64,000 nt of DNA from Tubiluchus corallicola (taxonomy: Eukaryota; Animalia; Priapulida), in assembly GCA_030141605.1 (NCBI GenBank), contig JAQGDQ010001020.1, positions 1 to 64,000 of the forward strand, written 5' to 3'. A program made the translations under genes and the position numbers. The notes beneath the pieces are model-generated. The model worked only from the letters and a program-made list of their open reading frames with translations. It was not told the DNA's origin and did no database searches. Every line of letters begins with the position of its first letter. The stretch's first letter is position 1. Positions 39,183-51,070 of the stretch are shown piece by piece.

Positions 39183-40073
39183 TCACGGGCTTCTAAGAAT
39201 CTTCTTAAATGCTGTTCTAAATTTGCTGTTTGTTGCTGCGTATATGAAAGGGTTGACTGCACTGTTTGAAAAACTCATCCAACTTGCTACTTGCAGAGCA
39301 AAGTCTGGTATGCACAATGGACATGTTGCATAGATCATTGCCGAGACCGTGTACGGAAACCAACAAATGAAAAATGCAACAGTGACTATTGTTAAAGTTT
39401 TTGTTGCTTTCATGTCCATCACTCTTGTTCCAGTTTGTTGGTTTTGATCACGAATTTGCAAAATTTGCTTTCTTGCTGCTCGCCATATTAACGCATACAA
39501 AGAAAGTATAACTGTCATCGCTAGAAAACTCGTTGTGATGATTGCAATTAAACTTAAAGTAATGTTAATCGTTTCCATGTATGCTAAAACAAGAGCAGAA
39601 AGCCACGTAATAGATAATGTGATACCTAATGTTCTCTTTGTAAGGTATATATTGTATTTGTAAGGGTGCAAAATGGCTACGTATCTCTCACTTGCAATTA
39701 AACACAAGTGTAATATGCTACTGTTCAGGGCAGCCAATATAAGAAAAATTTCAGCAGAATGATATAAATGGCTAAAGTTCTCTGCGTACACTATGCCAAC
39801 GATTTCAACTGGTAGTGACACGAGTCCAAATAGCAGATCTGTTACAGCGAGTGATACGATCAGTGCATTCGTTCTTGTTTGCAACTGCTCATACTTGTAA
39901 ACTGCAACTAAGACAAGCAAGTTTCCAACAATTACAATGATAGCCAGGCACACAAGAAATCCTGTTATAGTCAAAGTAAAGTCATATTCATTGTGTTGCA
40001 CTTCGTCAGTTGCATTTCTAGTGAAATTCTTGAGTATCATTGCCGAGTGCGATAAATTTTCACCATTGCTCAT
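39183..40073 (-). CDS. Intronless rhodopsin-class (class A) GPCR
   Basis: GN (TM1), SLAVTD (TM2), ERY (TM3), W (TM4), FFICWFP (TM6), NPFIY (TM7), helix 8 FRTAF; N-terminal glycosylation sequons. Confidence 0.93.
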   Translation of the reverse strand: MSNGENLSHSAMILKNFTRNATDEVQHNEYDFTLTITGFLVCLAIIVIVGNLLVLVAVYKYEQLQTRTNALIVSLAVTDLLFGLVSLPVEIVGIVYAENFSHLYHSAEIFLILAALNSSILHLCLIASERYVAILHPYKYNIYLTKRTLGITLSITWLSALVLAYMETINITLSLIAIITTSFLAMTVILSLYALIWRAARKQILQIRDQNQQTGTRVMDMKATKTLTIVTVAFFICWFPYTVSAMIYATCPLCIPDFALQVASWMSFSNSAVNPFIYAATNSKFRTAFKKILRSP

Positions 40074-40667
40074 TCAAGTTAACATTTGAAACATACGAAC
40101 TTTATGTTGCAAAACGGACGTCTTTACACCTGATAGTATTGTCGAGCATTAGTTTGTTGTTAAATATGTAATGTAACACATTGTAAGATAGTCATTGTAT
40201 TGTTCACACTCCTAGCAGCTGTGTACACCTGTATGTAGATACTATATGCATGCATTTATTTGTATCAGGAAGCTACTATTTGTCAACTGTTATCAAATGG
40301 ACACAAATGTTGATCTAAGCAAGAAACTATGCCTGCCAGTAAGCTAATTATTTAAATTTACATAGCACTTTGCAACAATAGTTGTATCAGATAGCGTGCA
40401 TATGTATAATGTATAACATAACTTGAATAATGAAATTAAACCTTACGTAAAAGTATTAGCTAGACAAATTATTTTTTGTCACTTTAATGATATCAATGGT
40501 AACAATGTTGTATTGACAAATATATCACTATTGCTACCCATACACATAATAAAACCCATTCAACAAATAGCACATAATAAAGGGCAATTTGTTTCTGTAC
40601 TTTACCTAGTGCATTTACAATGAATGCTCAAGGAATTTGTCCTGATTTTACACACTATTACATAATT

Positions 40668-40721
40668 CTTCTTCTTCCCAGCTTTTCCCTACGCGGGGTC
40701 GCCGTTGTGAATGAGTCTTCT
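40668..40721 (-). mobile_element. 54-bp 5'-truncated RTE-like LINE tail with 16-bp target-site duplication
   Basis: TSD acactattacataatt at 40652-40667 and 40722-40737. The insert reads ..ggcgaccccgcgtagggaaaagctgggaagaagaag on the minus strand. Confidence 0.75.
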
Positions 40722-40999
40722 ACACTATTACATAATTACAGTTTCGAATTTGTTTAGGAATTCTGGTTCCTTGTCTTTTGAGTTTTTGTTGCACAGTTTG
40801 GTTTTCGTAATTCCAAACTGTGTAACCCTGTGTAAGCAAAATGAGCCTAATGCAGAACATTATGATTATGATTACAACTGCATTCTTTTTCCACAGTAAT
40901 CTTAATGAAACGTGACTATGCTCAACGGGTTACTGAACACTTTATAATCATGATCACAGTTTTTCTTAGTTCTCGCTCCATTTCATCTTTCATTCACTA

Positions 41000-41283
41000 C
41001 TCCCCCACACTTTTATGTATATATTATTATTATTTCAATTATTAATCACTTCTTTAAGATTTCCACGTACAGTTTGGCCTGTCAAGCTATGCTTTTAGGC
41101 TCAAACTGTATGCATCAAAATTACTCTGTAATGTAATTTGCACATGTGTATGCTGCATAAGAATCTCTTTTGTAATTTCTGGATAATATTGCATTTATAT
41201 TATATTTACTTCAGTGAAATTATCTGCATTTTTATTATAACTGTTGGATGCAGAGTGGAAATAAATAAACTTATAACTTATAA
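41000..41283 (+). mobile_element. Dispersed retroelement-like 3' tail (copy at 53735-54013)
   Basis: Near-identical ~280 bp ending in aataaataa(acttata)n. Confidence 0.6.
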
Positions 41284-42025
41284 ACTCATACTTATAAACA
41301 TTCAAATGATGAGCTGGAAATACATGCGACTGCAAATACTGCAATTACAAGTTTCACTGCTGTGGCTGATTAACTTGCTGATCATTGAGACATTTTACTA
41401 ATTACACAATACTCGTTAATTTTGTTGTAATGAGTATTTGCAGGTAAAGACAGCCTACGGATCTATTAAGACGGGTTCTTAAGCTTTAAAATGATCAATT
41501 TTTATGTCAAGATCATTTTTGGGTTTTGTGCGTTTTCAATAAATTTATTAAGTGTTTTATGCTGTTTTGTCCAGTAAAAGAAGCATTTTTCAATGGGTAC
41601 TGGGGAATCTTTCTCAAATAGTTAAAGTACTTGCCTACTTAAACAAAAACAGCCAGCATCTTGAAATAGCTAATGAAATATCCAATCGAAATAATTTATT
41701 TATTCAAACGCAGAGCATAAACGTTTTGAGCGCTAATGACATTAAAAAGATGTGTAATATTTCACACAGCAGCAAGCCACAGCTTAGCTGGAACAATAGG
41801 CTGCTACGTCCATTGTCCTGCTGCAGCTTCTAACATGAGGCTACCGGAATTGGCGTTGCTATGGTGACCGAACAACGTTTGACTGCCATCTAGGGTCGAG
41901 TTAAAAAAACAACGCAAGTGTGTAATTGCACTAGTTGCACTCGTATGCAGTTTTATAAAATGCTTTGCAAGAGAGTCACCTCCAGAGTGAGCAGTTTTAC
42001 CCAACTAATGACTATAAGATAATGA

Positions 42026-44993
42026 ACGTGGAAAGAACAGAGGTAGTGTTATGAACAGGAGTTGAGGAAGTAGGGGACGTGGACGCAGCCGGTACGTTAC
42101 TGCTCGGACGTGGAAAGAACAGAGGTAGTGTTATGAACAGGAGTTGAGGAAGTAGGGGACGTGGACGCAGCCGGTACGTTACTGCTCGGACGTGGAAAGA
42201 ACAGAGGTAGTGTTATGAACAGGAGTTGAGGAAGTAGGGGACGTGGACGCAGCCGGTATGTTACTGCTCGGACGTGGAAAGAACAGAGATAGTGTTATGA
42301 ACAGGAGTTGAGGAAGTAGGGGACGTGGACGCAGCCGGTACGTTACTGCTCGATGTTATGAACAGGAGTTGAGGAAGTAGGGGACGTGGACGCAGCCGGT
42401 ACGTTACTGCTCGAACGTGGAAAGAACAGAGGTAGTGTTATGAACAGGAGTTGAGGAAGCAGGGGACGTGGACGCAGCCGGTACGTTACTGCTCAAACGT
42501 GGAAAGAACAGAGGTAGTGTTATGAACAGGAGTTGAGGAAGTAGGGGACGTGGACGCAGCCGGTACGTTACTGCTCAGACGTGAAAAGAACAGAGGTAGT
42601 GTTATGAACAGGAGTTGAGGAAGTAGGGGACGTGGACGCAGCCGGTACGTTACTGCTCGGACGTGAAAAGAACAGAGGTAGTGTTATGAACAGGAGTTGA
42701 GGAAGTAGGGGACGTGGACGCAGCCCGTACGTTACTGCTCGGATGTGGAAAGAACAGAGGTAGTGTTATGAACAGGAGTTGAGGAAGTAGGGGACGTGGA
42801 CGCAGCCCGTACGTTACTGCTCGGATGTGGAAAGAACAGAGATAGTGTTATGAACAGGAGTTGAGGAAGTAGGGGACGTAGACACAGCCGGTACGTTACT
42901 AATCGGACGTGGAAAGAACAGAGGTAGTGTTATGAACAGGAGTTGAGGAAGTAGGGGACGTGGACGCAGCCGGTACGTTACTGCTCGGACGTGAAAAGAA
43001 CAGAGGTAGTGTTATGAACAGGAGTTGAGGAAGTAGGGGACGTGGACGCAGCCGGTACGTTACTGCTCGGACGTGGAAAGAACAGAGGTAGTGTTATGAA
43101 CAGGAGTTGAGGAAGTAGGGGACGTGGACGCAGCCGGTACGTTACTGCTCGGACGTGGAAAGAACAGATGTAGTGTTATGAACAGGAGTTGAGAAAGTGG
43201 GGAACGTGGACACAGCCGGTACGTCACTAATCGGACGTGGAAAGAACAGAGGTAGTGTTGTGAACAGGAGTTGAGGAAGTAGGGGACGTGGACGCAGCCG
43301 GTACGTTACTGCTCAGACGTGGAAAGAACAGAGGTAGTGTTATGAACAGGAGTTGAGGAAGCAGGGGACGTGGACGCAGCCGGTACGTTACTGCTCGAAT
43401 GTGGAAAGAACAGAGGTAGTGTTATGAACAGGAGTTGAGGAAGTAGGGGACGTGGACGCAGCCGGTACGTTACTGCTCGGACGTGAAAAGAACAGAGGTA
43501 GTGTTATGAACAGGAGTTGAGGAAGTAGGGGACGTGGACGCAGCCCGTACGTTACTGCTCGGATGTGGAAAGAACAGAGGTAGTGTTATGAACAGGAGTT
43601 GAGGAAGTAGGGGACGTGGACGCAGCCTGTACGTTACTGCTCGGATGTGGAAAGAACAGAGATAGTGTTATGAACAGGAGTTGAGGAAGTAGGGGACGTA
43701 GACACAGCCGGTACATTACTAATCGGACGTGGAAAGAACAGAGGTAGTGTTATGAACAGGAGTTGAGGAAGTAGGGGACGTGGACGCAGCCGGTACGTTA
43801 CTGCTCGGACGTGAAAAGAACAGAGGTAGTGTTATGAACAGGAGTTGAGGAAGTAGGGGACGTGGACGCAGCCGGTACGTTACTGCTCGGACGTGGAAAG
43901 AACAGAGGTAGTGTTATGAACAGGAGTTGAGGAAGTAGGGGACGTGGACGCAGCCGGTACGTTACTGCTCGGACGTGGAAAGAACAGAGGTAGTGTTATG
44001 AACAGGAGTTGAGGAAGTAGGGGACGTGGACGCAGCCGGTACGTTACTGCTCGGACGTGGAAAGAACAGAGGTAGTGTTATGAACAGGAGTTGAGGAAGT
44101 GGGGGACGTGGACGCAGCCGGTACGTTACTACTCGGACGTGGAAAGAACAGAGGTAGTGTTATGAACAGGAGTTGAAAACACCACCACACCCAAAAAACA
44201 AAAAACAAGGAAGTAGGGGACGTGGACGCAGCCGGTACGTTACTACTCGGACGTGGAAAGAACAGAGGTAGTGTTATGAACAGGAGTTGAGGAAGTAGGG
44301 GACGTGGACGCAGCCGGTACGTTACTGCTCGGATGTAAAAACAAAAACAAAAAACACCACCCACCAAAAACAAAAAACAAGAAGTAGGGGACGTGACCAG
44401 CCGGTACGTTACTATCGGACGTGGAAAGAACAGAGGTAGTGTTATGAACAGGAGTTGAGGAAGTAGGGGACGTGGACGCAGCCGGTACGTTACTGCTCGG
44501 ATGTGGAAAGAACAGAGGTAGTGTTATGAACAGGAGTTGAGGAAGTAGGGGACGTGGATGCAGCCGGTACGTTACTGCTCGGATGTGGAAAGAACAGAGG
44601 TAGTGTTATGAACAGGAGTTGAGGAAGTGGGGGACGTGGACGCAGCCGGTACGTTATTGCTCGGATGTGGAAAGAACAGAGGTAGTGTTATGAACAGGAG
44701 TTGAGGAAGTGGGGGACGTGGACGCAGCCGGTACGTTACTACTCGGATGTGGAAAGAACAGAGATAGTGTTATGAACAGGAGTTGAGGAAGTAGGGGACG
44801 TGGACGCAGCCGGTACGTTACTGTTCGGACGTGGAAAGAACAGAGATAGTGTTATGAACAGGAGTTGAGGAAGTAGGGGACGTGGATGCAGCCGGTACGT
44901 TACTACTCGGATGTAGAAAGAACAGAGGTAGTGTTATGAACAGGAGTTGAGGAAGTAGGGGACGTGGACGCAGCCGGTACGTTACTGTTCAGA
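42026..44993 (+). repeat. 82-bp satellite, ~36 copies
   Basis: Unit acgtggaaagaacagaggtagtgttatgaacaggagttgaggaagtaggggacgtggacgcagccggtacgttactgctcgg. Confidence 0.97.
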
Positions 44994-45530
44994 ATGTGAG
45001 TAACAGATGTGATGATTGTGGTGTAAATCAGAGAAGGAAAAGCAAGCGTTTCACTAGGAAGTCAAGTGAAAAGGTGGTACAAGTTGGAAGTACGCCGTTG
45101 CTAATTAAGTACCTCATAGACAACTGCAATTTTTGTGGGAGTGTGATGTGTGGAAAGTGCGCAAACAAACGCTGCCATATTTATATTCAATTGAACTTTA
45201 TTTTATTTATCTCTTTATAATGCTACAATAAAACATGATTAATAAAGAATCTCTAATAAGTTTTGAAGAATGGTTAAAATACATGGTTAAAATATTGCAT
45301 CAGTTTCAGTTTTGTATGTATTCAATCAACAATTTGATGTATCGCTGAATATTATATAAAATTAGCATGATAACTGTTTTATTTTACATAGAGATAAAAG
45401 AATACGTCAATTGACGCATGCTGGTCCTTCTAGGTTGTGGACTTTACCAGTCCTTCTAGTTTTAATCAATCATAAGTTACAGAAGAAACAATCCTCACGC
45501 AAACCTGAGACGACACATTTTGTTGCTATT

Positions 45531-46379
45531 TTACCGGCATTTAACAATCTTCTTGAATGCTGCTCTAAATTTACTGTTTGTTGCTGCGTATATGAAAGGG
45601 TTGACTGCACTGTTCAAGAAAACTATACATACTACTACTCTGAAAGCGTCTTCTGATATACACAAAGGACATCTTATTAAGATTGTTAAAACGATTAAGA
45701 TGGGACCCCAACAAATGAAAAATGCAGTAGTGATTATAGTTAAAGTTTTTGTTGCTTTCATGTCTGTCACTCTTGTTCCAGTTTGTTGGTTTTGATCGCG
45801 AATTTGCAAGATTTGCATTCTTGCTGCCCGCCATATTAATGTGTACAATGAAACTATAGCTGTTGTTGCTAAATAAGTCAAAATACTGGTAAGAATCGTG
45901 CTGTCGTCTATTAGTTCTATGTATGCTGAACTGATTCCCGAGAGCCATGTAATGGATAATAACATGCTCAATGTTCTCTTTGTAAAATAAGTGTTGTATT
46001 TGTAAGGATGCAAAATGGCTACATATCTCTCGACAGCAATTAAGCACAAGTGTATTAGGCTGCAGTTTCTAGCAGCCAAGGCAACAAAATTTTCAACACT
46101 GTAATGTGTAAAATTAACACGTGCAACACTGACAATTCCAATAGGCAGTGATATCAATCCACATAGCAGATCTGTTACAGCAAGGGATGCGATCAGTGCA
46201 CTCGTTCTTGTTTGCAACTGCTCATACTTGTAAATTGCAACTAAGACAAGCAAGTTTCCAGCAACTATAATAACGATCAACCATGCTAGGAATGTTTGGC
46301 ATACTAGGATAAACAAACTTTTGTTGGTATGTAGTTCATTAGTGGTGTTTCCTACCTTTGTGTAATTTTCTGTTAACAT
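45531..46379 (-). CDS. Intronless class A GPCR paralog
   Basis: 282 aa; GN, SLAVTD, ERY, FFICWGP, CPLC, NPFIY. Confidence 0.93.
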   Translation of the reverse strand: MLTENYTKVGNTTNELHTNKSLFILVCQTFLAWLIVIIVAGNLLVLVAIYKYEQLQTRTSALIASLAVTDLLCGLISLPIGIVSVARVNFTHYSVENFVALAARNCSLIHLCLIAVERYVAILHPYKYNTYFTKRTLSMLLSITWLSGISSAYIELIDDSTILTSILTYLATTAIVSLYTLIWRAARMQILQIRDQNQQTGTRVTDMKATKTLTIITTAFFICWGPILIVLTILIRCPLCISEDAFRVVVCIVFLNSAVNPFIYAATNSKFRAAFKKIVKCR

Positions 46380-47516
46380 TATTAAATGTGATAATTTCTC
46401 GGTATCACTAACGTCGTTCTTTCACGCTATTCATTAGAAAAATACAACTCTGTCTAGCAACAGAGAAGCTTTCACACCTGCTCTATGTCACTGCATGCCA
46501 GTCTCTTGTAACATAACAGGACATTATAGAGTGATCACATTCCTAAAATCGATCAGAGCCTTTGTTATAACAGGTAGTAACTAATTATAGCATAGTTGGT
46601 GACAAAAATATTTATCTAAGGAATCTACATGAGTGTTAAGCTAACTATGAGAACGACTGTATAATTATGGCATTTAGGTAATGACAAAGACTAAATTTAT
46701 GTAGATGATGCAATTTAGCAAATTCTGCTCTTTATCGTTTGGCTTGTTTCCTGGCCTATTCATTTCAATTCAATTTTATTTTCTCAATAGCAGTTAAAAT
46801 TCGTCATAGTTATTTTTACATTTCATTGCAGCTGAGAAGGAGCAGGGAAAGACCTATTGGTCACTTGGTCAGCTGCCCCTTATTAAAAATGCAAGTTTAC
46901 TCACAGGCTCATGACATTTTTTAGGTGTTTGTGTATATATAAAAGGCAGAAGCAACAAAATCAACTCAAAGCAGAAATGCAATTCAAAGCATAACAAGGA
47001 ACAACATCAAGCAAAAAATTAATGAAATTCAATGTAGAGCAAAAAAATAACATCAAACAAAGCAACAAAAATCTACTCAAAGCAAAAAAAATTGAGTAGA
47101 GCCTACATTGTCAGGTTTGAAGGTTAGTGGAACAGCAAGAGGAGACTAACGGCAGCTACGTGGGACATTTAGCAAACGAATTTGTTCACATAGAAATAGT
47201 GTCAGCCATTTTTGTGAAAGTATTGTGTGTAGAGGTTGGAGGTAATTTAGATGTTTGCAATGCAATCTGAAAGTAACTTCAGCGTTTTAGAACTTATATA
47301 GATTGCAACCACTGTGCAAAGACGATATTGAATTGCAATGGCTGCCCTTATGACAAACGACTCATTGCTAATCTCACTGTAATTCTAATGGAATAAAAGA
47401 CTTAGTATGTGAAACACAAAACACATGGAAACTAAATTTCATTAGAAACATAAAATGTGTTTCATTAGTGCAGTAGTCTTTGAAAGTAGGAATAAATTCT
47501 ATATATATATATATAT

Positions 47517-49780
47517 AAGAATCAGGACAATTTACCTGAACATACATTGTAAATGCATTAGTAAAGTATATAAACAAATTACAGCTTTATTATGTGCGAT
47601 TTGTTGCATGGATTTATTATGATTATGAGTAGCATTAGGGATAAATTTGTCTAAACAATATTGCTGTCCTTCAAATCATTAAAATGACTGAAATATAATT
47701 TGATTGTTTGCCTAGCCTTTAGTTTTACGTATGGTTTCTGAAACTGTGACCGAAGCCGACTTGCTATTCCTGATCTATGATCTAGTTTTTCCAATACACA
47801 TAACTGGGATAGATACTTGTAGAATCGTGCTGGATGTCCGAAATCGTCGAAGTACTTAATCAAATTTTCGGTTAGATGTACCCCTTTCCCGCGTGTTAAG
47901 TCAGATGACAAATAGCAACGAATTTACCTTTTAGTGTTAAATCCATCATTTAACCCAAATCTCCACATTTTTATTTTTCCTTATTTTTTCTCAATGGAAA
48001 CACTTGTTAAAAATTATGTGGTTAGATGGAGAATTTCTCAGGCTTTCTAACATTGGACAACGAGATAAATTTTGTTGCCATGATCACTTGCAATAATTGG
48101 TAAAACTAGTATGTGTAGGTGAGTTTTGGTTATTGTTTCAACTACGGCTTTTTTAATATTAAATAGCAATGGTTGATATTTGGGCAAAATACATACAAGA
48201 GTCTTACCATCAAAACCTCTATAAACAATATATATATATATATATATATTAAATGATTATAATCATGTCGTCATTGTTGTCTAAAGACATATGTGTTAGT
48301 TACGTGCTGTCTAGTGATGGTGAACACCTAATCATTTGTGCCCAAATTTCGCTCTAAGGCCATTCGTTTACTTGCATTGTTTACAGCGGTTTTGATGGTA
48401 AGACTCTCGTGTATATTTTACCCAAATATCAACCATTGGTATTTAATATTAAATAAGCCGTAGTTGAAACAATAACCAAAACTCACCTACTATCGAACAG
48501 CCACGGTGTCCAGTCTAATGCTAAATCAGTACTTGTATTATTATATAATTCTCTTTCTTACCATATCTTAATAATTCAAACATTATTTGGGGAAGCACAA
48601 GCACCAATCGATTGAAAAAAATTAATCTGATTCAGAAGAAAATAGTGCGAGCTATAACATTAACATAACGTTATAGACTTAACTATCACTACATACAGTG
48701 CAACACTAATGTTAGAAAATTTTCTATTAAATACAATGGCCCTTACATATGGAATTCAATTGCTCCAGCTATTAAAAATGCCAACTCGCTGTCCATATTT
48801 AAAAAAAATTATAAATTAAACTTACTTGAAACATATAACTGATCACTCAATCATGATTTGTTGTTTTTCATTTTCAAAAACTTCCCCTCTAGTATAATAA
48901 TATTTTTATTACTTCCCACCCGTATATATATCTGTATATATTGTAATATTGTATCTGTATATATTGTAATTTTTTTTCGCAACTAATTCTAGTGGCCTAC
49001 CATAAGCTAGCTTCTTAGGTCTCTAGCGCAGAATTCATGAATTGTATCACATTTTTGTATTAACAAAAACTGATTATCCATGCACATGTAATGTATATGT
49101 GTATGTTTATTGGGAAATAAATTTATTAAATCTAAATCTAAATCTAGTGCGCACATACTAGTTTTACCAATTATTGCAAGTGATCATGGCAACAAAATTT
49201 ATCTCGTTGCCCAATGTTAGAAAGCCTGAGAAATTCTCCATCTAACCACCTAATTTTTTAACAAGTGTTTTCACTGAGAAAAAAGAAGGAAAAATAAAAA
49301 TGTGGAGATTTGCGTCAAATGATGGATTTAACACTAAAAGATAAATTCGTTGCAATTTGCTCGTTTCTCGCAAAAACCTGCCTCCAAACTATGTCATCTG
49401 ACCTAACACGTGGGAAAGGGGTACACATCTAACCGAAAATTTGATTAAGTACTTCAACGATTTCGGACATCCAGCACGATTCTACAAGCATATATCCCAG
49501 TTATGTGCATGGGAAAAACTAGATCATAGATCAGGAATAGGCTTCGGTCACAGTTTCAGAAACCATACGTAAAACTAAAGGCTAGGCAAACAAACAAATT
49601 ATATTTCAGTCATTTTAATGATTTGAAGGACAGCAATATTGTTTAGATAAATTTATCCCTATTGCTACTCATAATCATAATAAATTCATGCAAAAAATCG
49701 CACATAATAAAGCTGTAATTTGTTTCTATACTTTACTAATCCATTTACAATGTATGTTCAGGTAAATTGTCCTGATTCTT
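47517..49780. repeat. ~700-bp inverted duplication; right arm split by a LINE fragment
   Basis: 47517-48115 pairs with 49150-49780, and 48115-48225 pairs with 48385-48490. Confidence 0.9.
48491..49146 (+). mobile_element. LINE 3' fragment (CR1-like) with (AAATCT)n tail
   Basis: NIIWGST..LKKINLIQKKIVR and CNTNVRKFSIKYNGPYIWNSI..IKNANSLSIFKKNYK; ends aataaa..(aaatct)3. Confidence 0.75.
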
Positions 49781-50021
49781 CACATTATTACATAATTGCA
49801 ATTTTAACATTTGTTTACGAGTTCCGGTTTCTCTTTCTTTAGGTCTGGTTTCTTATGTTTTGAGTTTTAGTTGCACAGTTTGGTTTTCATAATTCCAAAA
49901 TCATTCCAGTAGATTTCGTTTTGATTAGACGCATTTGACAAAGTAACACTTCGTCAATCATAAGTTACAGAAATGTATCCCTCAAGCAAACATGAGACAA
50001 CATATTATTTTGTTGCTATTT

Positions 50022-50876
50022 TTACCGGCATCTAAGAATCTTCTTGAATGCTCTCCTAAATTTACTGTTTGTTGCTGCATATATGAAAGGGTTGATGGCA
50101 CTGTTCACACAAGTCATCCATACTACTATTTTTAGAGCAATTCGTGATGTGCACAATGGACACCTTACGTAGACTGGTGACACAATTAAGATGAGACCCC
50201 AACAAATGAAAAAGGCAACGTTAACTATAGTTAAAGTTTTTGTTGCTTTCATTTCCATCACTTTCGTTCTAGTTTGTTGGATTTGATCACGAATTTGCAA
50301 AATTTGCTTTCTTGCTGCCCGCCATATTAACGAATAAAGTAAAAGTATCACTGTTGTTAATGAAAGAATCAAAGTATTAGTAACAATCGTGCTGTCGTCT
50401 ACCATTTCTATGCACGCTAAAATAATGTCAGAAAGCCACGTAATGGATTATAGCATTCTCAATGTTCTCTTTGTAAAATAAATGTTGTATTTGTAAGGTT
50501 GCAAAATGGCTACATATCTCTCAACAGCAATTAAGCACAAGTGTAGTATGCTGCAGTCTAGAGCAACCAATGCAACAAAATCTTCAACGTTGTAATCTTG
50601 TCTAGCATATATTACATCAACAATTTCAATAGGCAGTGATATCAGTCCACAGAGCAGATCTGTTACAGCAAGGGATGCAATCAGTGCATTCGTTCTTGTT
50701 TGCAACTGCTCATACTTGTAAACCGCAATTAAAACTAGCAAGTTTCCAGTAACTATAATGACTATAATAACAGCCAACCACACTAAAATTATCACAACCA
50801 CCAATGTAGACCAATTTTCGTGTAGATGCAGGGTGCCAGTTGTGTTTTCCACTGTACTGTAATTGTCACGTAGCAT
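50022..50876 (-). pseudogene. GPCR paralog with one in-frame nonsense codon at 50448-50450
   Basis: ORFs 50448-50876 and 50022-50405 are in the same frame. AGA ATG CTA TAA here corresponds to AGA ATG CTA TTA in the 62479-63336 paralog. Confidence 0.9.
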
Positions 50877-50906
50877 TGTTATATGTTACCATTTCACATG
50901 AACACC

Positions 50907-51035
50907 AACGTTTCCGGCAATTGTGATGATGGTCAACCATGCTAGGAATGCTGCAGCAGTCAGAATAAACCAATCTTTCTCATAATACGCTTCATCGGCT
51001 GTTTTTCCTATTGTAGTGTTATTTTCAGAAGGCAT
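50907..51035 (-). pseudogene. GPCR N-terminal remnant (N-terminus plus TM1)
   Basis: MPSENNTTIGKTADEAYYEKDWFILTAAAFLAWLTIITIAGN matches the N-terminus of 62479-63336. Confidence 0.88.
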
Positions 51036-51070
51036 TGTCAAATGCTGTCACTTAACCGTAACACTAACGA

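Noticed and set aside
44170-44400. A/C-only interruptions in the 82-bp satellite (similar tract at 37715-37772)
   Set aside because: Resemble long-read consensus noise; not interpreted without raw reads.
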